64,000 nucleotides of DNA from Felis catus (GCF_018350175.1 NC_058368.1:41046001-41110000); one strand, 5' to 3'. Positions 25,598 to 40,366 are shown, counted from the first letter of the stretch. Translations and numbers: made by a program. Notes: generated from the letters alone by a model not told the origin.

Positions 25598-28500
25598 GCT
25601 GAATCATTTACATTCCCACAAGCAAAGTATGAGGGTTCTTCTTTCTTAATATCTGTTACTCTCTGAATCTTCTTATAGCCATCTTAGTGAGTGTGAAGTG
25701 AAATCTCACTGTGGTTTTTATTTACATTTTCCTGATTACTAATGTTAAAAATTTTTTTTCATGTGCCTATTGTGTATTCTGCTTTTGCTTTGTGTAGTGT
25801 TCTATAGGTTCTGTTAGGTCTAGTTGGCTAAAAGTTTTGTTCAAGTGTTTAATTTCCTTTTTCATTGTCTGTGTAGTTTTTCTATCCAAGTTGAAAGTGT
25901 AATATTGAGTGTCTAAATATTTTTATTGAATTGACTAAATCTTACTTTAATTCTGTTTTTCTTTATATCCCAATTCTCTGTTTTTAGGTTGATATATGTC
26001 TACAATTGTTATTTCTTCTAATAGATGTTTTATGTTTATAAAGTGTCCCTCTTAATCTTTAGTAACAATTTTTGCCTTAATTGTCTGATATTAGTATAGC
26101 CATCTAGCTCTTTTTGTTTACTGCTTCAGTGATATATACTATTCCATATGTGTACTTTAAACCAATATTTAAAAATCCTGTTTGGATTAACATCAATTTA
26201 ATTTCAGTAGTGTACAAATACAGTGCTCCTCCATGGCTCCCTTAACTCCACACTCCTTTGTGCTGTCATTGTCATAAAAATGATATCTTTACACATTATA
26301 AGCCATCAAACAGTTTTATAATTTTAAGGCAGCTTTGTGCAATTGTCTTTTACATCATACAGGAAATAAAAAAAAAAAAACTACAGAAATCATGTTTAAA
26401 CTGTCTTTATATTTTTCTAAGTAGTTACATGTGCTTTTTATTACATTTGCTCTTTATTTCTTCATGTGAATTTGATTAACTTTCTGGGGTCCTTTCATTT
26501 ATAACTGAAGAAATTCTTTTAATTTTGTGAATGTCTTTATCTGTCCTTCATTTTTGAAGGATAGTTATGCTGGATATAGAATTATTGGTTAAGAGTGTTT
26601 TCTTGCTTTTTGCTTTTTGGTTCCTCTCCCACCCCCCAGCGCTAGCCCCCAGGAATCTGAATATGTCATCCCATATTGGCCTCCATAGTTCCTGGTGAAA
26701 AATTTGTTGTTACACTTACTGAGGATTTCTTTACCACATGACGAATCGCTTCTCTCGTTATTTTTTAGATCCTCTGTTTGCATTTGGCTTTCGACAGTTT
26801 GCTTATGATATGTCTATGTCTGAACCTTTTAAATTATCCAACTTGAAATTCATTTATTAGAGGCAGAGATTAATTTTATCATGAAATTTGAAAAGTGTGG
26901 GGCATTTTTTTCAAATATCTTCTCTGCCTCTTGCTCCCACCCCACTCTCCTGGGACTCGCGTCTTATCCGTGTTGGTATGCTTGACGCTGTCACAGAAGT
27001 CTAGGAGACTCTACTCCTTTTTTTCGTTTTCTCTTTGTCTCTCACACCAGATAATATAAATTGACCTGTCTTTAAGTTTGCTGACTTTTTATTATGCCAG
27101 CTCAAATATAACATTGACACCTCTGGTAATCTTTTTAAAGATTTTAGTCATTATACTTTTCAATTCCAGAATTTGTTCTGTTCTTTTCATTTCACTTCAT
27201 TTGTTATGTTCTTTTCATACTGTCTGTTTCTTTGTTGTTATTTGCTATTTAGTGAGGCATTATTCTCACACTTTCCTTTAATTATTTAGATAGGGTTTCC
27301 TTATGTTGTTATATTAGAAATAAATATTTTAATGTTTTTGTCTAGAAAATTAACCTCTGAATTTCCTCTTGTTTTTTCTATTGATTTCTTTTTTCTCTTG
27401 TGTATGAACATTCTAGATGTAGATTCTTAGCATGAAACCCAGACATTTTAAATAATATAACATACAAACTCTTGAAATCAGTTTCCTCCCTTCTTCAGGA
27501 ATGGTTAAATGTTTTGGAGTTCTTATTCTGTAAACTGTGTATTCTTTGTCATGTATAATCTGTGAGTGTCTGCTCATTTAGCTTAATGATCAGCTAATGA
27601 TTGAAAGGAGATTTTCTGCAATGCCTAAAACCACTAAGTCTCTTGGCTTTTCTTGACGGGTTCTCTTTCTGTGTTGAGGCATGCTGTCATTTTTCAGATA
27701 GGAATTTAGTTACAACTCTGTCTTAGCATTCACTTCCAGTTGGTGCAGATCCTCAAGATGAGCCAGAGATGAGAGTTTGGGGCCTTCCTAGGTCTTTTCC
27801 TGAAAATCATATAGCTTTATACATGTGCATTGAGTTCTTGAATAAATATGTCCTTTTTTTTTAAATCTCCTTGGGACGTCAGACATCTTATTTACCGACT
27901 TTACCTTTGAAGTTTTGGGTTTGTTGCTTTCCCTAACTGTTATTGCCACCTCAGGCAGCTGCTGTGTTAAACAATTCTTACTGATTGTTTTTGACAAGCA
28001 CCACCGAGAACAGGCTGTTCACACTGGAGGGGCTCTAAGGCAAATGAAATAAAGGCAACCCTTGTGAAGGGGGCGGGGTGTTTCTCGGAAATTACCAGAC
28101 AGGTTAGGTAATGATATTTCTCAGGGTGTGAGGATTTGGCGGGGGGTGTCCAATTCATTTCTTCCCCTTTCTTTGTCTGCTAAGCTTTTGGTTTTCACCA
28201 TGAGTGCTGGTCTGTATATTTTCAAGGTTACTGGGGAACTGAAGAAAGGAAGACAGGAACAGAGCTGGTTAAATGCCACACAGCTTACTTTTCTCAAAGT
28301 GATTTTTCTTCAGTAAATGTTCCCTGGAGTTTTGCAAACCATGTGTTAGCTTTCAGAGTTCTGAAAAAGTTACTTTTGGTAATTTTTGTCATTGTTCTTA
28401 CGGTTTCATAAGAGGGATTATTTTTGGAGTCCATACTCCATTATTCCCTCAGACATTACCCTATACTACCCCGTATTCCTCCATGTGTTTCATGTAAATA

Positions 28501-29319
28501 TTGTCAAGTAATTTTGTTTAGCTTAACCACCTTTATAATTTAGCTTTGTCAATAATAGACTGAGAGATTGTTAAGTGTTTCCCCAAACACCTGATGTAAC
28601 AAAATATAGATTGTGATAAGTTATTCATCACTCTGATATTCAAACAATTTGAGGGAGTTGAGAAAATTATTTTATAGAATCATCATTTTGATCACTAGAA
28701 GTTTATAAAGTTGCAGTATCATGAAATAATTATAGAAGCATTTAATTATAATTATTGAGATAATGATTGGTAAAAACTTACACACAATGTTACAAGTTAA
28801 AAACCAACCAAATAAGCCAAAGTAAACTAAAACTGGGATATGCCATATCAAAACCTCAATAACAATGAGTGTGTATATATTCCAAGACGTAGTGTTACGG
28901 CAGAAAGGTTGAGAATCAGGAGCCCTTTGGAAAAAGTAGCAAACTAAGAAGAAGAATAGGCAAAGCTAGAGTAATCTATCACCCAGACCATATTTAGTGA
29001 CGACTAAGGATAAGAGTTGAAGTGATTGGAGACAGAGTTTTGTCAACAGATAATTGTAAAAACAGTTCACTCTACTTCTGCCATCCCGTATACCTTTGCT
29101 TTGGACTGATTTTAACTAAAATTATGTATAGATAGATTCTTGAGATTCTTAGATTCTTTAAAAAAAGGCTTTGTTCAGCAGCTGAAATTAATAAGTGTAT
29201 ATGTTTTGTTTTGGTCACTTTTTATTTAGGCTACCTTTGTGCACATGAATGAAAACAGGTTAATTCATAGTGACTCTTCAGTCTAGCACAGAGATAACAA
29301 CATATACTATAATGATAAA

Positions 29320-29740
29320 ACTAAGAGTGGATTGTATTTATTAAACATTTGCTCTATGGCTGGCTATGCTTTAAATGCTTACCTAACTCTTCATAGGAAG
29401 TTCATGAGGTGGTAGGCGGTATGATTGTCATTATTTTACGGATATGGAAAATGGGGCTTACAAAGATAGAATAACTTATAAAACCAGCATTCAAATCCAT
29501 ATCTGCCTATTCCAGACCCTAAACTGTTATTCTCTATTATTTATGAACTTTCAAATCAAGTATTACAAAGGTATATGTTTAAATTTGAATTCATATAATT
29601 CATAAGGGGAAATTAATTAAACCCTTATTTCCACATCTGTAATTGTGGGAATATTCAACTTCACTGTTTCATTTTGGAGGATTAGATAAGGTCATGCATA
29701 TGAATTTTCAGACACAGTAAGGAGTTTATAAATATTTTTA
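29320..29740. mobile_element. Two MIR fragments in opposite orientation
   Basis: attttacggatatggaaaatggggctta (reverse core) and tttccacatctgtaattgtggga...ggaggattagataag. Confidence 0.6.
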
Positions 29741-32330
29741 ATTTACTCGAAGCAATTTGGACATATGGGGGAAAAGAGAAATAGAAAAATTCAAAAAATT
29801 CTTAGAAAAATTTATTGGGAACCAGTGAATAACTTTAATATTTTCCTCAAGTACTTCTCCAAAACTTATTTAACTTAAAAAGAACTTATTTATCAACCAG
29901 GCCCCTTGTCAGGAAAATAGATTGCTCAATGGATTAGTCAGTTGCTTTCTAATAATAATATTTTGCCTAACTCCTCAATTATAACTTTATTTTCATTGCT
30001 TTATTATATGGAACATGAAAGTAGATATATATTTATTCTTAGATAATCAATAAAACCATTAAATTCTAAATTTATAATTAGTATCCATATATACTATAGA
30101 ACCTCAAATGTTTGTGATTTACACTGATTTTTATATTTATTTGTTTAGTACAATGATTAAATAAACATCAGGAGGTTATATAACTTTAAAATGCGCTCGA
30201 GTTCATACAGGTAAAAGTTTAAAATTACATGTGTGTTATATATATATATGTTTATAAGTATATGTATGCATATATGTATCTATATACATGAATGTAAATA
30301 TGTGTATGTGTATACATATGCACACATACATATTATGCATACATATGCGTTTTTATTTACAAACTATTTTTTCCTGTTTAAATAGGGAAAATTTAAAAGA
30401 TTTTATAGGGCTTATGCCTGAGAATGTGGATCTACAATAAAATTTCCACTAGCACCTTCCATTGTATGTCCTTGAAAATACTGTTTGAGCTTTTTCACAT
30501 TTAAAAAATAAAAGGGTAAAATTCAAGGGAATGTTTTTTATTCCAAAATTGCTGGAATATGCTGCTTGTTTTTGTTTTTGTTTTTGTTTTTTTTTGTACT
30601 TCTGTTTACTTGACATCAAAATGAGATGTCTTATTTTTCTATTAAATATGATAAATATTATTTGAGTTCAGCTAGACCAATGTCTAATCCTTCAACTTAA
30701 GAGTATAGACATCCTTACTTTGTCTTTTAAAGAGTGGATCTGTATATAGCCATTACAGACTTCTAGGAAAACTAAAAGAGGTTCCTAGTTTTAAGTTTGG
30801 AATCTACACTTGACAGTGGTAAGAAAAGAAAACACTTTTCTTGTGTACTCTTGCTTTTCCTCCTTATTGCATTTGGATTTTTTCTGTAACAGATATTGGA
30901 AAATATGGGCATTGTGTGTGTGTGTGTGTGTCTGTGTGTGTATATATAGTATATATGTATATGATAAACATGTTTATATATATTTGTGTATGTATACAAA
31001 TAATTCAAACAATATTTTGCCTCCTTATGAGGAATTATATGTGTTCAGTTAACTAAAATAGATATGAAAATATGGACAGACTCCATAGGCACTATCTTTT
31101 TTAGTAAATTCATGGATGGATGGATGGACCGATGTGCATATAAATTAATATAGCCATTGTAATAATATGTATAGGAAAATCCTGAGCAAAGATAAAACAT
31201 GATTTCTTCTAGTAATTCTGGGAAGCTGTTTATACTGAGAAAAAATTAGGCATTTTTCTCATCTCCTGGGCCACTTAAATGAAGATTGTTCTGTTATTCT
31301 TTGTATCACTTATATTCTTTATTTTTCATATTGTATGAATTATTAATATGTTGAAAACATAATGAAAATTTCATGGATACATTGAAAAAATGTTTCTAGA
31401 CTAACCATACAGAAACATATTATTCAGAATAGTGAGTTGCAAAATACACTTTTTCATTGTAAGCACTTTTAACAGCAGGCAGAAAACTATGTTAAAAATT
31501 TCCCCAATTTTACTTTATTGTTTTTAGTGTCCAAGAGAGTTATATGGTTATTGCTATTTAACATAGGATTACTAAAGCTGTGACTAAGTCTTATCCAGTC
31601 GTTTACACATTATTATATTCTCTGGTTGATTGGATAGAAATAAAGGCAAAGTTAGTGAGTTATATTAGACAATATTATCGGTTTTATTATTGTTTTGATA
31701 CATTTATGTCACTATCTTAAAAATTATCAGACTAAAAACAATCATAAACTTGTTCCAAAATGCATTAACAGTGGAATAGGAAAATGTTAAGTGCATATTT
31801 ATTAAATTACACTGGTTAAAAATAGCACTTCACTGATTAATTTGCTACATAATCATATTTCTATATTTATAAGTACTTTTATATCCATTTTTCAATCTAT
31901 CCATTTGCATCATTGTAAACAAAACAAGGAATAAAATCAGTAAGCCTGAATACTCTGAGTGAAACATAGGAAGTATTTACAAGAAAGAAAATATACAAGA
32001 ATTGACATATAGTGCAAAACATAAAAAATTAATGGAGGATTATTGGCAAATGGATGATTTATTTATTTCTTTTATCCTATATTTTCATCCATAAAAACTC
32101 GATTTTAACGATGCCTATGAAGTGTCAGCTCACCTCCGTATTTCCTCTCCCCCCAAAAAGTTCCTTGTTAAGTTAAAAAATTATAATGTTTTAGGTTTAA
32201 TTTTGTGAGGGAAATATCATTACACATGGATAATTATCCATGTTAGGTTTATATCATATTAAAAGTCTTTTCATAACATGAAAGCATTCCTGGATTAAAG
32301 TGGGATCTATAACATAAAATATAGTGTGCT

Positions 32331-32760
32331 TGTGGCAGAAAGAATTGCCCAAAACAGAGTTTTTATTTGAAAATTTATGCCCAGTCAGAGACTACTTCCC
32401 ACTCTTAAAATTGGATGTAGAAGGAATCATGTGACTAAGTCTTAATAATTGGATTGCAGATAGAAGCTACATATACTGATTCTAAGTCTGTTTGATAAAA
32501 ATCTTTGACACTATTCTTTATACTCTCTCTTTCCCTTTTCCAGCTGGCTGTAGGCATCCAAAATGACTTTAAAAATCACCTGTTGCTAATGATAGAGAAT
32601 TCATCCGTGTGAATTCCTAAGTGACCAGAGTAGAGAACCCAGTGTCTTCAACTGCCTGCTTTGAGTTGGACTTCTGGTGAGTGGAAACCAAACGTTCTAT
32701 TGCAATATTGATGTTTCAGGCTTACTCAAATACAACAGCTAATGTCACTGAATTAATACA
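32331..32760 (+). mobile_element. MLT1J-like solo LTR
   Basis: TGTGG...TAATACA termini and the catgtgactaagt motif. Confidence 0.65.
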
Positions 32761-32794
32761 GACTTAATGCATATTTGATATCTTAATAGTGTTA

Positions 32795-32950
32795 AGAAGA
32801 AACAGTATAACAGAGTTAGACAAGATAGCCATATTAGCTGGGTTTAGTGCCTAACTCTGCCAGTTACTAGTTATGCAATGCTAAAGGAATTAATTTCCCT
32901 GAGTTTCAGCTTCTTACTTGTAAAATGGCAATCATAATAGTAATAATAGT
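32795..32950 (+). mobile_element. MIR fragment
   Basis: ctctgccagttactagttatg...gtttcagcttcttacttgtaaaatgg. Confidence 0.65.
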
Positions 32951-33601
32951 AATTGCACATACCTGAAAGTGAAATTTTTACAGAAACTTGGTACTAGCAA
33001 AGGTAAAGTGTGTTGTTCATTACTTCTCTTCTGAATTCCAAACCCACATTTCAAACTCTCTGTAGGACATATCTACTGAATATCATTTTGTTTGGCATGT
33101 CTACCTCTCGCTCCTTTTGTTTGGTGGGCTTTATTATAAATTCAGCTCTATTTTACTCTTCTTTGTGTCTTTTCTCTCCCTCCTATACCTAGAGGGTAGA
33201 GGTAGAGGTAGAGGGAGTTCCGGGTTGTAAGGAACATGGAATTACTCAAGCTATCTCAGTAAATAGTTATTATTGTGGAGTTATTGTGTAAATCCCTGTT
33301 TCCTTCTTTTGCAAGCATCCAGTAATAAAGGTAAATATTTCATTTATCTTTATAGCTCCCCTTAATGGAATATTATCTGGCATTAAAAAAGGTTCTCAAT
33401 AAATGATTAATCAATCAATTGATACATTATTTAAGGGCAAGTTTTCCTTATGGCATGCTGGTTTAATATGGTAAGGAGTTATTATCCCATAGAGACTCTT
33501 CTCAATTCTCAAAAAAAAAAAAAAAAAAAGGAAACAATCTCTGGAATTGTTAAGCCTGGCACAAATTTTTGAATTTGGTCATATACACATTTTATTGTTT
33601 C

Positions 33602-33809
33602 TTTTTTTTATGTTTCTTTTTGAGAGAGAGAGAAAGAGAGCGAGCGAGCAGGGGAGGGGCAGAGAGAGAGGGAGACACAGAATCCAAAGCAGGCTCCAAG
33701 CTCTGAGCTGTCAGCAGAGAGACAGACACGGGGCTCAAACCCACGACTGTGAGATCATGACCTGAGCTGAAGCTGGACGTTCAACGGACTGAGCCACCCA
33801 GGTGTCCCC
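33602..33809 (-). mobile_element. Can-SINE
   Basis: TSD cattttattgtttctt. Confidence 0.93.
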
Positions 33810-36479
33810 GCATTTTATTGTTTCTTAACTTTTTTCTTTTTTTTAAGTTTTGAGTTCCTAGTTAAATTTTTAATTCTTAAAGGCAGGGAATGTGTTATGT
33901 AGTACTTCTTGCCGTAGGTCCATGGACCCTCAGAAACCAAACAGAATTGTGAGTTCAGAGGTCTACAACTCTATCCAGTTTGAAAACTTTAAAATTAATT
34001 TATTTTATATGAATAAAGCATTATTTATTATTTTCCAGATTCTTGAATTGCTTTTAGAATATCACTTTAAAAGATATTAGAATTATTAAAAAAACAAAGG
34101 CTCATTTAAGTAAATCAGTTATCATTGTGCATGGCCTATAATTAGCACTCAGTTAATGCAAAGTATTATTATGGTGGTTTTCACTTTTTATCATTTTCTT
34201 TATTGCAGTTGTAGTGAGTATTATTACTTATATTTAGATTTACCATTCAGTGGTTTAACAAACAAACAAACAAATCCCAAACACAAATAATGGTTTATTT
34301 ATTTTTCTTTTTGACACACCACAAGATAAACATTAAGAAACTTTCCCAGATCTCCTTTACAGAATGTAGATCATACTATATTTGACCCACTTGCATTTTA
34401 ATTTTTTCCAACCACTTAATAATGAATAAGGTTAAACATTAAATATTAAATGTGTAGTTTTAAACATTTATTTTCCTGATAAATAAGATTGTTTTAAATT
34501 TGAGTTTAACATTATTTTGCTGTAACTCAGATTTTGAAACTATTTTTAAAGCAAAAAAGCATTGGAGTTAATATGATTTGCTCATAAGAAGTTTTGATTC
34601 AGGAGGCAGGAACATGAAAAATTTTTTAATGTAAATTCTGTATTAAATTTAGTGGGTGCTTTTATTTGTGATTTCATATGGTTCCACTAAAAAATAAAAA
34701 TGAATACTAGTCCATCATTTTGGCAGACGCTTTAATGCCAGCCATTTAACTATCTTCCTGAGATGGAATGCTTCCTGACCTTTACTCTTTCCACCAAAAA
34801 GAAATTGTAAAAGCCCAACAAAAATGTAATTTTCTGGCTTTATAATAGGTGAGGAGAGAGAAGAGTTAAGAGTAGCATCTGAAAATATAGTAGAAAAAAG
34901 TAGTATGAAGTGGAGGGTGTTTTTAGATTATCTGAAAGAAGGCTATTTTTGACTGATAACATATCTTGTGGTGGTCCATATTCAAAGTTTCATAATTTAT
35001 ATAGCAAGTCAGCTCTTAAAGAAAACTAGAACTGAACACTGAAAATCCTCATTTTATCAAAGGTACCATATAAGTCGGGCAATTAGCCAATTATCCCAGA
35101 TCATTTTGATGTCATATCTTATTGACTGGTTTGGTATTGAGAAAATCTTTTGAGGTCAAATGTCGAGTTATAATAGGTTATTTGTGATACTTAATTTATT
35201 GAAACAATGATTGAGTGTTGCTATTTCCAAATGCCACTAAGAATCCTATGTAATCAATCCATGGTAGTTTCAAACTGTGGGTAAACCAAGATATATTATA
35301 GACAGTTTGAGTTAGTATTAAAATAATATCACTAATTTTTCTTCATGTGACTTTCTTTACCCACCATACTCTGCTCTTTAAATTTAAACCATGGCATTTG
35401 GGGGAAACTCTCATTGTGTTTGAGAAAAATATGCTACCATTTAAGTCCTTACATTTTTATTAGGTGAAAGTTATTTAACTGCCAATAAGTTAATACTTCT
35501 CTAAAAGTAGATCAGTACTGTTGTGAAATAAGAATAAAACTAAGACTAGTGTGTTTATTTCCAAATAGCCAAATGATGAAATCTGGTAGTTTTTAGATTG
35601 GGCAAACAATTGCTTTGTATGTATTCTGCACTTATTTTTGAAATCCGTACTATGGTTGCAACAGCTTTAAAAATGGACTCTTAGTAATTCCTAATAGATC
35701 TTCCAATATGTATATATGGCCACATATATATAACTGCACTTTTTCACATTCTTAGAGGAAGGTATGCAATTATTCTAGAAAACTGAAGAGCTGGGGAGGA
35801 GATTTGGCAAAAGAATAACAATGAGGCTTTGATGCATGCGCGAAATTTCTTCTAAATATCTTTAATTCCTTAGGTTATCTAAGTTACCTTATAATAGTCC
35901 TAGTTAAAAAAATAGGCAGGAATTAGCAAATTCTCACAGTTTGGAAGTCTGAAATAGAGTTCCATCATTTGTTCAGTCTTAAAAAATAAATTACACTTCC
36001 TGTAATGGTAGAGTTGCTTTTATTGGACTAACGCTCCTACTGATAGCAATAATAAACTCTGGAAAAATATTGAAAACAATTTTTGAAGGCTTTTAAAAAG
36101 CAGGTCAAAAGCAGGCAGAAACTTTAGTAAGTATGACCAACTCTTTTAAGAAGGGAACACATTGGATGAAGTCCACATTTATATGGCTCTTTCTAGGAGA
36201 GCTCTGCTCAGTCCACATTGTGGAACACTGAATAGAGTTCAAGTAGAGACCCAGGGTTTTATTGGTCTAAGTTAGAGGATACAGTGTGGAGTCACCAAGT
36301 GTAGTCAAACTTATAACTATACATTTAAATTCTGTACATTTTATTATATGAAAATCATTCCACGCCTGAATTTAAAAATGAATTATACAAGTAGTAATAC
36401 TCAATTCTAAAACTCCTTGCTTTTCAATGTATTTTTAATTGATAATTATTTTTCCATTTTTTGCATGTTAAAAATTTTA

Positions 36480-37588
36480 TTTTTATTTATTTGTTTTTTA
36501 ATTTTATTTAAATCCAAGTTAGTTAACATATAGTGTAATAAGTTTCAGGAGTAGAATTTAGTGAGTCATCACTTACATATGACACACCCCATGCTCATCC
36601 CAACAAGTGCCCTCCTTAATGCCCATCACTCATTTAGCCCATCCCCCCACCTCCCCTCCAGAACCCTGTTTGTTCTCTGTATTTAAGTCTCTTATGATTT
36701 GCCACCCTCTCTGTTTTTGTCTTATTTTCCCTTCCTTTCCCCTTTGTTCATTTGTTATGTTTCTTAAATTCCACATATGAGTGAAATAACATATTTATCT
36801 TTCTCTGACTGACTTGTTTTGCTTGGCACGATACACTCTAGTTCCATCCACATTATTGCAAATGGCAAGACTTCATTCTTTTTCACCTCTGAGTAGTATT
36901 TCATTGTGTATATATACCACATCTTTATCCATTCATCAGTTGATGGACATTTGGGCTCTTTCCATTATTTGGCTATTATTGATAGTGCTGCTATAAATAT
37001 TGGAGTACATTTGAATCATCATTTTTATATCCTTTGGATAAATACCTAGTAGTACAATTGCTGAGTCATAGGGTAGTTCTATTTTTAATTTTTTGAGGAA
37101 CCTCCATAATGTGTCCCACAGTGGCTGCACCAGTTTGCATTCCCACCAACAGTGCAAAAGAGTTCCCCTTTCTCCACATCCTCACCAAAATCTCTTGTCA
37201 CCTGAGTTGTTAATTTTAGCCATTCTCACAGGTGTGAAGTGGTATCTCAGTGTGGTTTTGATTTGTATTTCCCTGATGATGAACTATGTTGAGCATCTTT
37301 TCATGTGTCTGTTAGCCATCTCGATGTCTTCTTTGGATAAGTGTCTATTCATGTTTTTTGCCCCTTTCTTCACTGGATTGTTTGGTTTTTTTTGGATGTT
37401 GAGTTTGATAAGTTCTTTACAGATTTTGGATACCAACCCTTTATCCTATATGTCATTTCCAAATATCTTCTCCCATTCCATAGGTTGTCTTTTGTTGATT
37501 GTTTCCTTTGTTGTGCAGAAGCTTTTTATCTTGATGAGGTCCCAATAGTTCAGTTTTGTTTTTGTTTCCCTTGCATCTGGAGACATGT
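36480..37588 (-). mobile_element. 5'-truncated carnivore L1 (3' ~1.1 kb)
   Basis: Encodes [13 protein letters not shown]; the 3'UTR resembles 19489-20254. Confidence 0.92.
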
Positions 37589-38229
37589 TAACATATAGTA
37601 AACTGCTTTCTGGAAAATAATTGTATGGTGAAGTAGCATGCGGTGATATTGAACTACTAATATGGAAGATAGGGAAAATGCCTTAAGTTTCAATCTCTAC
37701 CACTGACCTACCTTAGATGAAACACCTACTACTTCTTTACTTCAGCCTCCTAATCTATAAAGGATTGGTGTATTTTTGTTGTAAACTCTGTGTGTATTCT
37801 ATGTATTTTATAAGTATCTGATGTGTTGCACTTCTAATACCTTATCATTAATTTTTACCATTTGACTAACTATATACATAGGACAAGCTGAAAAGATGAA
37901 ATGTTGGCCCCCAAATTAACCTGGTGTACTTCATGCTACTGGTGGATAATTTCCAAGTCATTGTCACTAAACTCTTATTAGTCAATGTAGGAGAGAGATG
38001 GGTTTTCAGATAATCATCCAATTACCAAAGACTTCATTATTCTGCAGTACTCTGGCATAAGGTACATACAGACTTGATGTGCCTTTAGAAAGTGAATCAA
38101 ATATTTATGGAAGTTAGAATGAATAACATCCTTTGTAAAAGATAATTATTTTATAAATATGGAAAAAATTTCCCAGAGTGAGCTGCCTAGAAATACTAAT
38201 GATGTCAGAATCAGATTCATAAAAATATA

Positions 38230-38844
38230 CAGTCAATCTCCATTATTCCTGCATTCTGTATTTGAAAATTCACCTGCTCGCTGAAATTTATTTGTGACCC
38301 CCAAATCAATAAGTCATCTGAGGTCATTGAGGGGATATGCACAGAGGGATGAAAAATTTGAGTTGAGCTATGGGCACGTTCCCAGCTGAGGTTCAACAAA
38401 GTGTCCCTAGGCCTTCCGCTTTCATGCAGAGATGGTCAGAGCATGGAGATGACGGGTGGAGGAAGTGCGGTGTTTGAAAGAAGCTCTGGTGGATGGGGTT
38501 TGAATCCTAAATCCGGCCCCTCTTAGAGGGGTGGCCCCAGACAAGTCACTTAAGACTTCTCTACCTGGTTTTCTCTTTTGCAAAATAAAGGCAATAGAAT
38601 CTACCAGGATGAGTTGATTTTGAATTTGAGATTATAATCTATGTGAAATATATATATATATGTGATATGTAAATAATACATTTATATAATATATAATATT
38701 TATATAACACAATAAATTTATATAACATATATAATATATAAAATATATTTCCCTCACCTCAGGAAGAATGGCTTAGCATTTGCTGATTCAGTATTAGTAG
38801 TGACTTTATAGAACGTAACTACCACGAATAACAAGAATCCACTG
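38230..38844. mobile_element. MER2/Tigger-type (TcMar) non-autonomous DNA transposon containing a MIR-like segment
   Basis: TA-flanked TIRs cagtcaatctccattattc / gaataacaagaatccactg. Internal cacgttcccagctgaggt motif. Confidence 0.8.
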
Positions 38845-40366
38845 TATTTTTAAAAACTTAGTCCATTAATGTCACTCTATTTTTTGATGTGTAGATTTTA
38901 AAGCTCAATATGTATAAATCTTCACAAGCATATCTCCTTTAGATCCCCAATTTACTGAAAATAAAATATTCATGCTATTTCATTTATTTTACATAAAATA
39001 AAACACAGCATGACACAGTGGATATTTAGTGACTATAATTTGTAGGTTATAACAAATGTAAAGAGGAGTGAGAATCACCAAGAAAGCACCAAAAGAAGTA
39101 AAAATGTAACTCTATGAGAAAAAGAGACTTCACTTGTGATGATGCATCAGGTGTATAAACTGGCCTACAAACGTTTGTGTAATTGTTCCCAAAGCTACCC
39201 AGTATTTGAGTGGGCACTTTTCCACTTCCTGTAAGACAGGGTTATTTTCAGCTACAAGACTAATGTCTATAATCACACCACAAAAAATAAAATCACTCAT
39301 TCTATTTAGCTCTCCTTAGGGAACTCTTAATATTGCTTTTACAGGTAGCAGGGTTTCATCCTCTACCAAAAATATAGACAGCCATACTTTATCCCAAGCA
39401 ACTTATAAGAAGGTTTCCATGGATACAAAAATTTATTTTTCTGGAATTTTTATCACTCATTCAAAACCACCACTAGAGAATTAGAAGGTTGGAGCTAGTA
39501 GAAAACTTAGAAGACCATTCCAGATTTCAGTTACATCTCTTTTCTTACCATGGATAAGTAACTCTCTCCATGGATAGATAAGCAACGTAAGACTTAATTT
39601 ATACAGTCCTTGTGTTCACTGCTTCCTCTTGCATCTGAGACCTTGCTATGGAGTATAGTCTAGAAACTTTCTTTCATAGTGCCATGTGTTTAGTTACTGT
39701 CCAATTTTCAGATATTTACAACTCTAAATTGTGTCATACACAAAGTCACTGAGAAAATGGGAGAATAAAAATGCCTCTCTTCAGTGATTCTAAATGGTGA
39801 TATTTCATTGTGCAAAATGTATAATGCTGTTAATCCATATCCTTTATGTATCAGTTCATATAACTACATTGTCAACTAATTATCTGTTTGCTTCCACTTT
39901 GCTCTTCTTTTACTTAAGCCTGTATTCACTCGTCACCTGATCCATGTCTCTCTATTCTGATACATTCCAAATCTTTCTAACATGGCTATCTCTATGCTAA
40001 TATATGATCAGAAGGGTAAGCAATGCAAGTTGTTGGCCCAGATTTGTGGTGTGATTCCTTGTATCAGTAGATCTAGTGATAGTCATTGAAATTTTTCTAT
40101 TGCCAAATCTATGGTAGTTGCTGAAGTTATGGTGATGAGAAAAAAATAACTTGTTCTTTGATTTTATAATTTAATGGATACCTTCGTTAATCAATTTGTG
40201 GTGAGAACATATTCTATGAGAAGTTGACTTAGGAGGGAAAGTTGGAGATATTTCCTGAGGAAGCAAAGGTTGATGTGAGATCTGAAAACAGTAGGAATTA
40301 ACTAGATGAGAAGGGTTTTCAAAATCTTCCTCATAGAATTAGCATGTATAAAAAAGCCCAAGGATT

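Larger units (their letters stand above)
24420..28450 (-). mobile_element. Old L1M (L1MB/L1MC-like) fragments with nested MLT1 and SINE
   Basis: KKWKQPKCPSIDEWI ORF2-end motif, typical L1M 3'UTR, and degenerate ORF2/ORF1-like sequence to ~28450. Confidence 0.8.
30149..35062 (+). pseudogene. Dense compact-exon cluster of the CFAP46-like pseudogene (30149-30210, 30386-30463, ..31431, 31528-31654, 31731-31785, 31874-32166, 33918-33948, 34039.., 34326-34430, 34531-34630, 34727-34848, 34927-35062)
   Basis: Donors GTAAAA, GTATGT, GTGAGT (x3), GTGAGG. Introns of 96, 76, 88, 90, 100 and 78 nt. Peptides RITKAVTKSYPVVYTLLYSLVDWIEIKAK, KKLMEDYWQMDDLFISFILYFHP*KLDFNDAYEV and SMDPQKPNRI|ILELLLEYHFKRY. 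Confidence 0.6.
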
